Assembly (NCBI RefSeq): GCF_001194135.2
Contig: NC_069007.1
Coordinates: 2,406,779-2,444,112, forward strand
Length of the DNA: 37,334 nt
Direction of reading: 5' to 3'
Source: Octopus bimaculoides
Lineage: Eukaryota
Part shown: positions 1 to 11,163 of the stretch, one piece after another
How positions within the stretch are numbered: the first letter of the stretch is position 1
Layout: every line of letters starts with the position of its first letter
The notes under the pieces: model-generated
What the model was told of the DNA's origin: nothing
Databases searched by the model: none
The model's input: only the letters and a program-made list of their open reading frames with translations
Program-made: the position numbers and the translations under genes

Positions 1-194
1 TATGTATATATACGCCTCGATTCTTGGGCCTTATAGTTATACTTATATATATATATATATGTATACATATATATATATATATATCAAAGAATACAAAAAA
101 TGAGACAGGAACGCAAAACATCCAGACAGTTAGATGATATAAAAAAGAGGAGACAAGATTTTCCTTGGGGCTGGGCAGCTTGGAGCAGTCTCGA

Positions 195-361
195 GTTCTG
201 AGTTCAAATTCCGCCGAAATTGACTGTACCATTTTATCCTTTCAGAGTTGATAAAATAAATAACAGTTGCACACTGGGGTCGATGTAATCGACTCATCCC
301 CTCCCCCAACGTTGCTGCCCTTGTGGTAAAATTTGAAACCATTATAATTATTATTATTATA

Positions 362-392
<31 letters not shown>
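195..392 (+). mobile_element. 5'-truncated tRNA-derived SINE (family A) with (ATT)n tail
   Basis: GTTCTGAGTTCAAATTCCGCC (B-box-like) followed by the family-A body, shared with many copies in the window (e.g. 14930-15157). Ends in ATTTGAAACC plus (ATT)n. Confidence 0.75.
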
Positions 393-394
<2 letters not shown>

Positions 395-764
395 TCTGCC
401 TTCGCTAAGGCGGAGGTATCATTTTTAGTCATCTTTGTTCGACCCTGGACAATATATTTTAATAACCGCCGGATGGATTAGGATGAAACTTTCAGGGATG
501 TTTGGCCTAATGACTAGCACGAACTGATTAGACTTTGGGAATGATCCGGCACCGGAAAAAGATTCTGGATTATTTTTCCTGTTTTTTTTTTGTTTTTTTT
601 GCTCAATTTTTGAGAGTGGTTGGATTCAATTTTTAGTATTCTCATTTGTGAGAGCAGTCGAGTTTATTTCAGATATTCTCGTTTTAAAAATCATCACCAG
701 CTAATCGTTGAGAGGACGATGGTGTTGCCTTGGCGGAGGTTTGCGCTCTCTGAGTGCTCTTGTT
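391..764 (+). mobile_element. Non-autonomous rolling-circle element (DINE-1/HINE, Helentron-associated type)
   Basis: 5' hairpin TACCTCTGCCTT-CGCT-AAGGCGGAGGTA (391-418), 3' subterminal IR GCCTTGGCGGAGGT (727-740), 3' stem-loop GCGCTC-TCT-GAGTGC (743-757). Inserted in T-rich (ATT)n DNA. Confidence 0.65.
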
Positions 765-1270
765 ATTATTATTATCATCATCATCATCATCATCATGCTA
801 CTAATACTATCNNNNNNNNNNTGAGTGCTCTTGTTATTATTATTATCATCATCATCATCATCATCATGCTACTAATACTATCACTATTATGATATTTTAA
901 TTTCATTATTGTTATTATTAGTATCATTGTTGTGCATTTTGTTGTTGTTGTTTTTATAGCTATTGTGAGTGTTTCCAACTTCAGTAGATTCGACATCACG
1001 GAAATGAGAACATCACTGTTTAGCAGCATCTCTGTCACGTGCTTCCGACGAAACTACTGAAAAATATATTCGCTTATTTAGTTATTTATTGAATAAAATC
1101 AGTGAATGGGTAGACAATACTAAACAAATAACAAATATAATAATTCATATTTTTGCGAGTATTTCTCGCCTTTGAAAGTAGAGGCATTTATACATACATA
1201 TATAAACACACACATTCAATCACTGACGCACACACACATATACATATATCTTTTGTTTTTTTAATATCTT

Positions 1271-1450
1271 ACTTGTTTCAGTTATTAGATTGCCGCCATG
1301 CTGCAGCACCGCCTTCAACATTTTTTGGCGAATGAATTTACCGCAGTAATGTTTTTTTTAAGTCTTATACTTTAGTAACGGGAACGGAAACACACCAACA
1401 CCGGTTGACAAGCAGTGGCGGTGAGGAATACCAAACACAAAAACATACAC
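1271..1450 (-). mobile_element. 3' half of bipartite SINE (family B/C), degenerate
   Basis: TTGTTTCAGTTATTAGATTGCCGCCATGCTGCAGCACCGCC ... ACACCAACACCGGTTGACAAGC matches the copies at 12575-12933 and 15788-16000. Confidence 0.65.
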
Positions 1451-1546
1451 ACACACATATGCATTTATACTTATATATGTGTTTGTGTGATGTGTGTCTT
1501 TATGTGTGAGCATGTGTATGCCTATGTATGTATGCATACATGTTGG

Positions 1547-1578
<32 letters not shown>

Positions 1579-2073
1579 AGGGGGAGAATGGGTAAAAATG
1601 AGAGAGACACGTATTATTATGTGAATTGGAGTGTTATACATCATTAAAATGTATTTATTAAAAAGCAATATATTCCTATCACATTCGTACACGTGATTCT
1701 GTTGAATAATTGGTTTGAAGTCTTTCGATACATTAGTTTTGTGTTTTCCATCAAATTTAAGTTAAACCAGTTGTAATACACGTACAAATCCAAATGTTGC
1801 CAAATCTATACAACCTTCATCCAGGCGCTTCCCGTAAGTATGGATTTGTTTCATCATTGAGTTTTATTATTTGTCAAAACTCGCAATATTTTGCCATTGA
1901 AAAAGCAAAAACCTGAATTTATATCAGACAATGTTTCGTGTAAACTATGCTATTTTAATATGGGTATCAAGACAAGTTGACAATTAATTTAGACGTATAA
2001 AAAAATATATAAATATAATAAATAATTTCTTTTATTAACAAGGAGTTTTGCTGGTCTCTCACTCGACTGCGCC

Positions 2074-2247
2074 TTACACATAATAATCAAGAGGGTTGCA
2101 GTTTGAGGATTTGTTAAGTGGCCAGATGTTAGAGTTGAAGTGGTCGCAGAAGTTGTCTAAAAGCCATGGCTTGGTTCCTCCTGCTTGTGTGGCATGGTGT
2201 AGAGTTTCCGGACATGGGGTCTTTCGGCAGCCACTCTCTTCACCCAG
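2074..2247 (-). pseudogene. Tc1/mariner-superfamily transposase relic, DD37D (maT)-like catalytic region
   Basis: Two frames give WVKRVAAERPHV and, after a frameshift, WLLDNFCDHFNSNIWPLNKSSNCNPLDYYV. This resembles the W.P.SPD.NP.DY.VW motif region. Confidence 0.6.
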
Positions 2248-2295
2248 GAGCATTTTGCCCGACGTGTCAACGATTGTGCCAGCTCGCCCCCTTTG
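2248..2295 (-). mobile_element. Isolated SINE family-A head
   Basis: Reverse complement reads GGGGCGAGCTGGCACAATCGTTGACACGTCGGGCAAAATGCTC, matching the family-A 5' end. Confidence 0.6.
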
Positions 2296-2329
2296 CCACG
2301 CTTTGGAACAAGGCAAGAATATTCAGGGG

Positions 2330-2523
2330 AGACGCTGTAAGTCAATTACACCGACCCATGTGCTCAACGTGTCCTTATTTTATCGAAATAAGGATAAAAG
2401 GCAAAATCGAAAGGATCAAAGTTAAAATCGACCTCGGCGGAATTTGAACTCAGAACGTAAACACGGCAGAAATTCTGCTAAGAATTTTCGCCGGTGTGCT
2501 AACGACTCTGTCAAGTCGCCACC
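2330..2523 (-). mobile_element. SINE family A
   Basis: AATCGACCTCGGCGGAATTTGAACTCAGAACGTAA ... GCTAACGACTCTGTCAAGTCGCC. Confidence 0.8.
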
Positions 2524-2869
2524 TTAGTAACGGCAAATATATGGAAGTTCTATGAGTACTTTTGATCTTAAACATGTCAATGCTCTCGAAGAAACCGACA
2601 ACACATAGGAGCACTGGTTCCCTCGGCATATTCACCGCAATGTTAGTTGGCATTCATTAATGGCACAGCGGTCAATTGGCCTATGGCCTGCGGCTATAAA
2701 TTGTATCACTGTTGGTCTTCCATAAGGAAACATTATGACTTAACTCGTTCAATGGGATTGGATTCGTAGATCGTTGTAGATTTTAAAGAGATATTGCTAG
2801 CAACTTAATATCCGTTGATCTATGGCTAAATACTGGATTATTGGATATAATATTTCATATAATACACAT

Positions 2870-3028
2870 ACATAAATACAAACATATGTATATATATATA
2901 TACATACATACATGCATACATATATATACACACATATATATGTATGTATACACATACATATATACACACACTCATATACGTGTGTGTGTGTGCCTGCATG
3001 TGCATATGTGTAAATCAATAACGCGTTC

Positions 3029-3075
<47 letters not shown>

Positions 3076-3230
3076 TATGTACATATGTACACAGCTATGG
3101 TTAGATATATGTGAGTGTGTGCGTGTATATATGTGTGAGTATGTATGTATGTTTGTTCGAGTGTGATAGTGTTTGTGTATTTGCATATATACTTATGCAT
3201 ATATATTTATGCATATATAATTACATCCAC

Positions 3231-3268
<38 letters not shown>

Positions 3269-3312
3269 CATGCACACACACACATGCACACACACACATG
3301 CACACATGTGCG
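2870..3312. repeat. Compound (TA)n/(CA)n/(TG)n microsatellite field
   Basis: Direct inspection. Confidence 0.9.
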
Positions 3313-3689
3313 TACGCGGATTTAAGACCGGAGGTTATCTTCTGCTCAAGTGATTTCATCGGTCTTTCTCCTTTTGATTCAGTTTCAATTCGCAAAAGTG
3401 AAAGTTTCCCATCATCACGTAGTTAAATCTTAATCTCGCCAGGTGAATGACAGGGAGGGGGCATTGATAGTGTATACAGTATATCTATATCTACATCTAT
3501 ATCTATATGAACATGAAGTGTCTATATGTGCGTGAATGGATAAATGTATGTATGGATATTTATGTGTGTTCCTCTCAATGCTTGTTTATGGTGTAAATGT
3601 GTTCGTACTGGCTTTGAAAAATCCTGTCATGAACTATTGTTCGTATTTACGTCCAATCAGCACAGATTATTTCAGTATATTTTATCCCT

Positions 3690-3830
3690 TGCTTCCTTCA
3701 GTTATCGGACCGCGGCCATGCTGAAGCACTGCCATCAAGAATTTGGTCGAAGAATAAAACACAAACAAAACGACCCCAGTACACAATTTTTCGGTCAGAT
3801 ACTTATTCTATCGGCCTCATTAGCTGATCA
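3690..3830 (-). mobile_element. 3' half of SINE family B/C (partial)
   Basis: CGCGGCCATGCTGAAGCACTGCC ... GATACTTATTCTATCGG. Confidence 0.65.
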
Positions 3831-3849
3831 GCTCGATATCCTTTACGTA

Positions 3850-4065
3850 CTTGCTTCAGTTATTTTTGACCGCGGCCATTCTGGGGCACCACCTTGGAGA
3901 GTTTTAGTCGAACAAATGAACTCCCGGGACTTATATTTCAAAGTCCGATACTTATTCTATCGGTTATTTTTGTCGAAGCGGTAAGATACGGGGATGTAAA
4001 TACACCAACAACGGTTGTTGAGTGATGGTGGGGAATAAACACAGACAGAAAGATATACACACACC
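3850..4065 (-). mobile_element. 3' half of SINE family B/C running into its internal microsatellite and an N-gap
   Basis: TTGACCGCGGCCATTCTGGGGCACCACC ... ACACCAACAACGGTTGTTGAG ... AAACACAGAC, then (TA)n/(CA)n up to the gap at 4154-4542. Confidence 0.75.
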
Positions 4066-4080
4066 CATATATATACATGA

Positions 4081-4153
<73 letters not shown>

Positions 4154-4542
4154 NNNNNNNNNNNNNNNNNNNNNNNNNNNNNNNNNNNNNNNNNNNNNNN
4201 NNNNNNNNNNNNNNNNNNNNNNNNNNNNNNNNNNNNNNNNNNNNNNNNNNNNNNNNNNNNNNNNNNNNNNNNNNNNNNNNNNNNNNNNNNNNNNNNNNNN
4301 NNNNNNNNNNNNNNNNNNNNNNNNNNNNNNNNNNNNNNNNNNNNNNNNNNNNNNNNNNNNNNNNNNNNNNNNNNNNNNNNNNNNNNNNNNNNNNNNNNNN
4401 NNNNNNNNNNNNNNNNNNNNNNNNNNNNNNNNNNNNNNNNNNNNNNNNNNNNNNNNNNNNNNNNNNNNNNNNNNNNNNNNNNNNNNNNNNNNNNNNNNNN
4501 NNNNNNNNNNNNNNNNNNNNNNNNNNNNNNNNNNNNNNNNNN

Positions 4543-4597
<55 letters not shown>

Positions 4598-4969
4598 TGC
4601 CCGAATGGCTATTTCTATAGATGGTATCGTGGGTTGACCTTATGTACATTATTTCGCCGTAGATTGCCCCCTGCTGTAATGAAATATCAAATACAGATAA
4701 GAAAACAGATAGTCGCTTCACTATAATATTTACGTAGGTGTGTCTGTCTCTTTTTGTCTAAGACGATATAATGGAGACGTTGTGTACGAAGGACGGCACT
4801 TTCGTATAATAATATAATTAAATAAGACGGAGTAGTTAAGAAATCAATCTATCACAGACGAATTCTTCACAATGATATCAAAGGATTCCTCCGGCGTCTA
4901 ATAATGTGCCAATGATGCTTTTAAACAAGGTGAAAATCTTAGAAAATTAGTCATGACCTTTTGGATTAT

Positions 4970-5002
4970 GTACATAAACATACACACACAGATGCACACG
5001 CA

Positions 5003-5037
<35 letters not shown>

Positions 5038-5245
5038 ATATATATATATATATATATTGTTTATATGTGTGGGTTTGTATGTATACATATAATATATATG
5101 TATATATCTGTGTGTACATATATACGCATGGATGTGTATATATGTATGTATATATGCGTGTGCGTATGTATATATAGTATACACGCATGTATACAAACAA
5201 ATGTACATACACATGCATATACATACAGACATATATGTAACAACC

Positions 5246-5276
<31 letters not shown>

Positions 5277-5350
5277 TTTGGGGGGATATATATATATATA
5301 TATATTATATGTATGCCTGTATGTATGAATGTATGTGTGTGTGTGTATAC
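4970..5350. repeat. Compound (CA)n/(TA)n/(TG)n microsatellite field
   Basis: Direct inspection. Confidence 0.9.
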
Positions 5351-5969
5351 TTTTAGAGACGAAGTGTTGTTTAGGAAATTGTGTAGATTATAACCGAATT
5401 TTTCAGCTTAGCTTATTTTTGTTTTTCATGTTGATATTCCATCGTTCTCATTCGTCTTAGTTTTTTTCTTCTTCTCCTCCTCTTCCTTCTCCTCCTCCTC
5501 CTTCTCTTTGTTATTCTTGTTGTTATTGCTATGGCCAGGGTCGTCACTGATTGAGAAGGAACCATAACGAACTTCTTTCTAACCATTAGTGTTGTCTGCC
5601 AGAACTTTTCTGAATCATCTCTTAGAAATGCATCTCTTTAATTCTCATTCTACTTCCCAAGGACGACCCTCATGGACTTTCGATGTCCAAAAATTCCCCA
5701 AAAATATTTTATGATTAAACATTATTATCATTATTAAGGATTGTATAAAAAATTGTTCAAATATTTTTTTGATCTTAGAAGTATAACTAATTCATTGCTC
5801 ATAAATATTAACAGCAAAACGTCATATGGACCCCCAAGGGCATTGAGCATTTTCAGCAATCAGCCTCAATGGTACATTATTAGCATTGAATTCGTTTATC
5901 ATGTACATGTTCCGGTATTCCTTTATTCAAAACAGTTCCCTTTCTCTTGAACATCACTTCTCTTTTAGA

Positions 5970-6158
5970 AGATCTTCGCCAGGTCTCCTTGTGCCATTCA
6001 GTTGATATTGAGGACTTCAATATAGCCTTGAAGTCTTTCCTTCGGTTATTCTATTATCTTCTTTATTGTTTTCTATCTATCAATATTGAAAAGAGAGTAT
6101 TTATATATGGCAGCCGGTTTTTAGCCATCCCGACGTGATGGACTACTGCCGCTGCCCA
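5970..6158 (-). pseudogene. RTE-clade LINE ORF C-terminal relic
   Basis: The minus strand reads WAAAVVHHVGMAKNRLP ... RRKDFKAILKS..I ... TWRRS with stops and frameshifts. It resembles the RTE C-terminus as I recall it: RWAGHV.RM...RLPK...YGEL...KR.KD.LK..LK...I....W...A.DR..WR. Confidence 0.5.
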
Positions 6159-7034
6159 CTTTTTACAACATTTTAAAACTTTAGTGGTTTCTTAGATCGA
6201 GTAGCAGTTAGATATATTGAATTAGGTATAATGGAGCGCAATATTTCATGTTTTAAATATAAAGGAATGAATGAATGTTAGTTCAGTAGCACAATTCCTT
6301 AAACGTAACTGTATATTTTGATAGTGCAAGTTTGAAAGTCAAAGTCGACCTCAGCGTGGTTTAATCTTAGATTACGAAGTAAGAGAGAAAACTATGTAAT
6401 TCTAAGACATTTTCTCAGACGATTTAAAGTGTTTTTTCCAGAAGAGGTACATTTCATTAATATTCAATTCCTCATTTCGCATTTTTTTTCTGTTTATTAT
6501 AGAATTGATCTGTGACTACAACGTTGGTACGTTCTTAGAGCAACGAAAGCAGAATATATAGAGAGAAAAAAACACAAAACCAAGATTTGAAATTGCTTAA
6601 GATGTAGACACTGTGTCAGGCACCATTGGATATGACGTAAATTATTGATCTCTTGATATTTTTTTACTGAACAGTCTAACTACTGATTTTATCGACTCCA
6701 TCAGTTACGAATAATCAAAGAGCAGTGCAGCAGTGAATGTAATGGCGACCATCGAATGATGGATATCGATTGCAAGTATTTCCACGGAACATTGACGTAA
6801 ACCATGCGATAAGGAACTGACCTAAAAAAATCCACAAAAAAAGCGAAAAAAAGAATCTCGAGTTAATTTGGATATTACATAGGAAGTATTTCCTTAGAAG
6901 AACTATATAATCATGTGATAGTGACTTTCATTAGAGAGCTCAATGACTCATAAAACGGTTTATAAAAAAATGTAGGAGAAACGAAAATTTTGTAAAACAC
7001 TAAAAGACATACTTAGTCACACAAAGAAACATAT

Positions 7035-7164
7035 CTAATATACATACATACATACATATATATATATACGTGTATATGTGTGTGTACGTATAATTCTATA
7101 TATATATATATATATGTATATATATTTGTATTTGTATGTATATCTTAATATAGAAATATGTATG

Positions 7165-7197
<33 letters not shown>

Positions 7198-7390
7198 ATG
7201 CTTGTATGTCTATATATATATATGTGCGTGTGTATTTGTATTGGCCTATGTATGTATATCTTAATATAGAAATATATATATATATATACACACACATACA
7301 TATATGTATGTATATGTGCGTGTGTGTCTGTGTGCCTGTGGGTCTCCATGTGTGTGCGAATATACATGTATATGTGTGTGTGTGCTTGTG
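7035..7390. repeat. Compound (TA)n/(TG)n microsatellite field
   Basis: Direct inspection. Confidence 0.9.
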
Positions 7391-7669
7391 TAATGTTTGT
7401 TTAAATGGTCGTATAAGTGTATGCGTAAATCCTTTGATATACGCTGTGGCAAAAATGTAAAAGAAGGTTTTCCTGCGCCAATACAAGCGTTACTGAGAGT
7501 TGGAAAAGCAAACAAAAAAATGGTTAAAAGAACAAATAATTGTACATTTATTGGTGATAAACTAGCAAATGGCAAGTAAACAAAAATGGAAATATATCAT
7601 TCGCTGTTTGACGGTGGTTTTTGCTTTCATTTGAAATGTTTACGAGGTTTATTTGAAAATTCATATAAT

Positions 7670-7682
7670 GTCAATACACACA

Positions 7683-7771
<89 letters not shown>

Positions 7772-7970
7772 TCACAGAGATGGAGACAGAGAGACAGAGA
7801 GAGAGATAGACAGAGAGATAGACAGAGAGACAGACGGCCGGTTAGACAGAGAGACAGACGGCCGGTCAGACAGAGATATAAACATACAGAGACAATCAGT
7901 TTGACAGACAGACAAATAGAAAGAGAGAGATGGAGAGAGACAGATATAGAGGCAGAGAGAGATAGAGACG
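7670..7970. repeat. (CATA)n, (TA)n, (GA)n/(GACA)n compound microsatellite
   Basis: Direct inspection. Includes a duplicated ~24-bp unit containing GACGGCCGGT. Confidence 0.9.
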
Positions 7971-8721
7971 TGTATACCCTACATATGTTCATGTATAAAT
8001 TCTGCGAGTTATTGTGTTTCTATCTGTCTACCATAGATTTCGTATAGACGGGTAAATGTTGGACAACTTTTTTTTCGAAACATTTTGAAATTAAGACAAA
8101 CGTTATACTATTAGATAGCTTAGTCACACAAATATAATTTATAAATGCCAAGAATCCCATAAAGAACGCCTATTCATGCATTCACTAATCAAAGGTACAA
8201 AATGGAAAAGGAAAAAACTACATCAAAGATGACTCATTACGCTAAATACAGCGAAAACTCATAAATTTTAATTAACGTTATTTAAAACAAGATGTCCGCC
8301 AACTTTCGTCGTTCAAGCGGTGTTTGTTGTTTGTTTGCGTCACTCGCTACAGCTGCGTGTTCCATTTAAGGTAATTACATCTAACGATTAGAATCAAAGG
8401 TTTCTGTGTAACCTATAAATTTGAACACCTTTATAGTATTGGCGAAGGAAATCTTGTTGACTCTTTTGTCAAAAACATCGTTGTATTGTCAAAATGGTAA
8501 ATATTTAATTGAAAAGAAATACACCTAACAAAAGACAAAAAAAAAATCGTAATAGCTGCTTAAATTAAAAATCTCATACTTTTTTCTTCTGTCTGTCTTT
8601 TTGTCTGACTCTACATCTCTCTCCGTATTTGTTAGTCTGAATACTTACACACACACACAAATTCATGATCACGCTCATATACAAACATACACACACGCCT
8701 GCATACACAATAACACTAGTG

Positions 8722-8780
<59 letters not shown>

Positions 8781-8958
8781 CCATTGAATTTAATATTGAG
8801 AAAATTTTAATTTTTTATCAAAAATTTAATTGCAAATCTGCAAACAAGGGTTTGGCTTTCTGTGTGTTTTCTTAATATTCATTTAATGAAAATCGAGCGA
8901 TCATTTGCCCTACACTAGAAACAAAATCATGACCGACTAAATATTTTTCTTTTCTTTT

Positions 8959-8991
<33 letters not shown>

Positions 8992-9922
8992 TTGTTTTTC
9001 GTCTATCCCTTGTTCTTTATCGTGTCCACGAATGATTGTGAGAAAAGATCAAACAAATTAATGCGAAATGTGAGGCTAAATATGTTCTGTGAACAGCCAA
9101 TTCTTCTCTTAGTGTTAACTAGTTGAAAGGACGTTACGCTTCAAATGTCTTCCTTCTGTTAAGGCTTTATACAAAGTACCTGTAATACAGCAGAGATTAA
9201 ATTACCGACAGAAATTATACAGGGAATGACTTCCTCATAAAAATATAGGGATACCATATTTAATTCATCTGGGGTTGAAAGTATCTTTATGAGTGAGTCT
9301 GACAGGGAATGCTTTAATTTTCGAGGTATGCCCTCTTAAAAGTTGTATTAATGTCGAGAGTAATGGTATTATGTAAGTGACCAACCAAGTGGCGGAAGAA
9401 CGATCAAACTTTTAGCTACTTCATAATAGAGTTAAGAGGACCATTAAGAAGTAAATCAAATCAGAATGTCATGCTATTTGTGTGTAGTTTTTCTTTTGTT
9501 TTTCTTTTTTTTTTTTACCAATAAACGAACGCTAGATTAAGTCACTCGCACAAGAAAATAACTCCGCAATACGTGAACATTTATATTGTGTTTGTGTGAA
9601 TGAGAGAAAGTATGTTTATGTGTGTGTGTTTATTTGTATGGCTGTGTTTGTGCGTGGACATGTGTGTGCATGTGTGTGTGTGTAAGTGTGTACTACCGAT
9701 GTTGATCCTTTTGAACCCATCGGAAAGAATTGATTTCTGTGGTAATGACAAGTTAATAACAATAGACTAATCATTCATTTTAATACAGAACTGCTAACGC
9801 CCAACTACTTTCGATCCTAATTTCGATTATAATAATTTAATATTTAGATTTTAATTATTTCTATGGGATGTTTTGGAACGTAACACTTACGATAGTCGAG
9901 GCATTACTGTATATATATATAT

Positions 9923-10295
9923 AATTTATTAATAAGGGTAGAAATTGATATTAATCAATTAAAACCAGTGGTCTAACATATTAAAAAAATCCAAAGATTA
10001 AAATTATATTACATACAAAAATAAGAGGAATGACCAGCAAAAGTGGACTCCTATATGCTAGAAATAGATGCCGAATCATCTAACCACGAAAAATATTTTC
10101 TCAGTAAAAATTTAGCGACACAACAGACTGTAAGAGGGCAAGACAAATGAAAAAATGAAAAAATCCTAAATATTATAGTCTGTTGTATCGCTAAATTTTT
10201 ACTGAGAAAATATTTTTCGTGGTTAGATGATCCGGCATCTATTTCTAGCATACAGGAGTCCCCTTTTGCTGGTCATTCCTCTTATTTTTGTATGT
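9923..10295. mobile_element. Asymmetric fold-back element (copy 1): ~90-bp unique arm plus 119-bp inverted repeat
   Basis: Arms 10011-10129 and 10177-10295 are reverse complements (4 mismatches by manual comparison) around a 47-bp spacer. Flanked by (TA)n. A second copy lies at 15507-15772. Confidence 0.8.
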
Positions 10296-11046
10296 TACAT
10301 ATATATATATGAAAATATGCAATATTTCACCAAAATATATATAAGAAATTTCAACAGCAGGAAAGTTCAGAGACTGACTCTGCGATCACGGACTGTTTCC
10401 GATGTTCTTGTAGCTATTGCATTGTATGAGGTTTGACTTCTACAAAACGGTGGACAGAGTGGAAATATACATTGAAAATTTCATCTGGAAATGGTTTCGT
10501 TTCACTAGACGTTTACATAAGAACAGACTTATTTCATCGCCCTCTGTCGTCTCTCTGCGATAAATTCGTAACAGCAATGTGCAGAGATATAAGGAAATAC
10601 AAAGGCATTGAGGATAGATATTGAGGCAGATAGTTGTTATTCCGACACTAGATTACACCTAATTTGCATAATTTTAAAATAGTGAGAAGCTACAATATGG
10701 CTTTGTGTATGTCTTCCAATTCAGTTACGAGATGAACCCTTCAAGTGAAATATAAGAAATCCAATGAACTTTTACGACACCAATCTTGCACCAGAAGTGA
10801 ATGAGGCAATATTCTCGTTTCGATATAAGATTAGAACGAGACAGAAATACGTCGAGCAGCCCAAGGTGGGTGGGGAGCGAAACTGAGCTGATAATTATTT
10901 ATTTACACATTGCTTACGTGCAAGAATTTTTTATTCTCCACGGTAAACTGAAATGATATTCTAAATTGTCAGTATTTTAAAATGTAACGGAGATGTGTGT
11001 GAACTAAACTAAAGTGTGTATGTGTGTGTGTGTGTGTGTGTGTTTG

Positions 11047-11163
11047 TTTGTGTTTCCGCCGCCCAAATCCACTCTCAACTCTTTCGGCGGCCCGAAACTA
11101 TAGTAGAAGACAGTTGCCACTTGGTTGGGAAGGAAGTTTTTAACCATATTGCCACGCCTGGGC
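11047..11163 (-). mobile_element. 5' half of SINE family B/C, internally deleted
   Basis: AAATCCACTC ... GGCCCGAAACTATAGTAGAAGACA ... GGTTGGGAAG ... GCCACGCCTG. Confidence 0.6.

Noticed and set aside
130-432. ORF with poly-Ile run resembling a transmembrane segment
   Set aside because: It is a translation of (ATT)n plus SINE and HINE sequence.
751-882. 61-bp direct repeat either side of the 10-N gap
   Set aside because: An exact duplicate abutting a gap is the signature of an unmerged contig overlap, not a biological repeat.
1759-1838. Possible plus-strand exon ending at CC|GTAAGT
   Set aside because: A good donor, but an ambiguous acceptor, no recognisable peptide and no partner exons.
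3311-3470. Minus-strand ...DDGKL..LR, resembling the RTE 'DGKLFNL' motif
   Set aside because: Downstream residues do not continue into the FADD-box pattern; too weak.
9115-9181. Possible minus-strand terminal exon (TTACAG|GTLYKALTEGRHLKRNVLSTS*)
   Set aside because: Short and unrecognisable; such acceptor-like sites are expected by chance in 37 kb.
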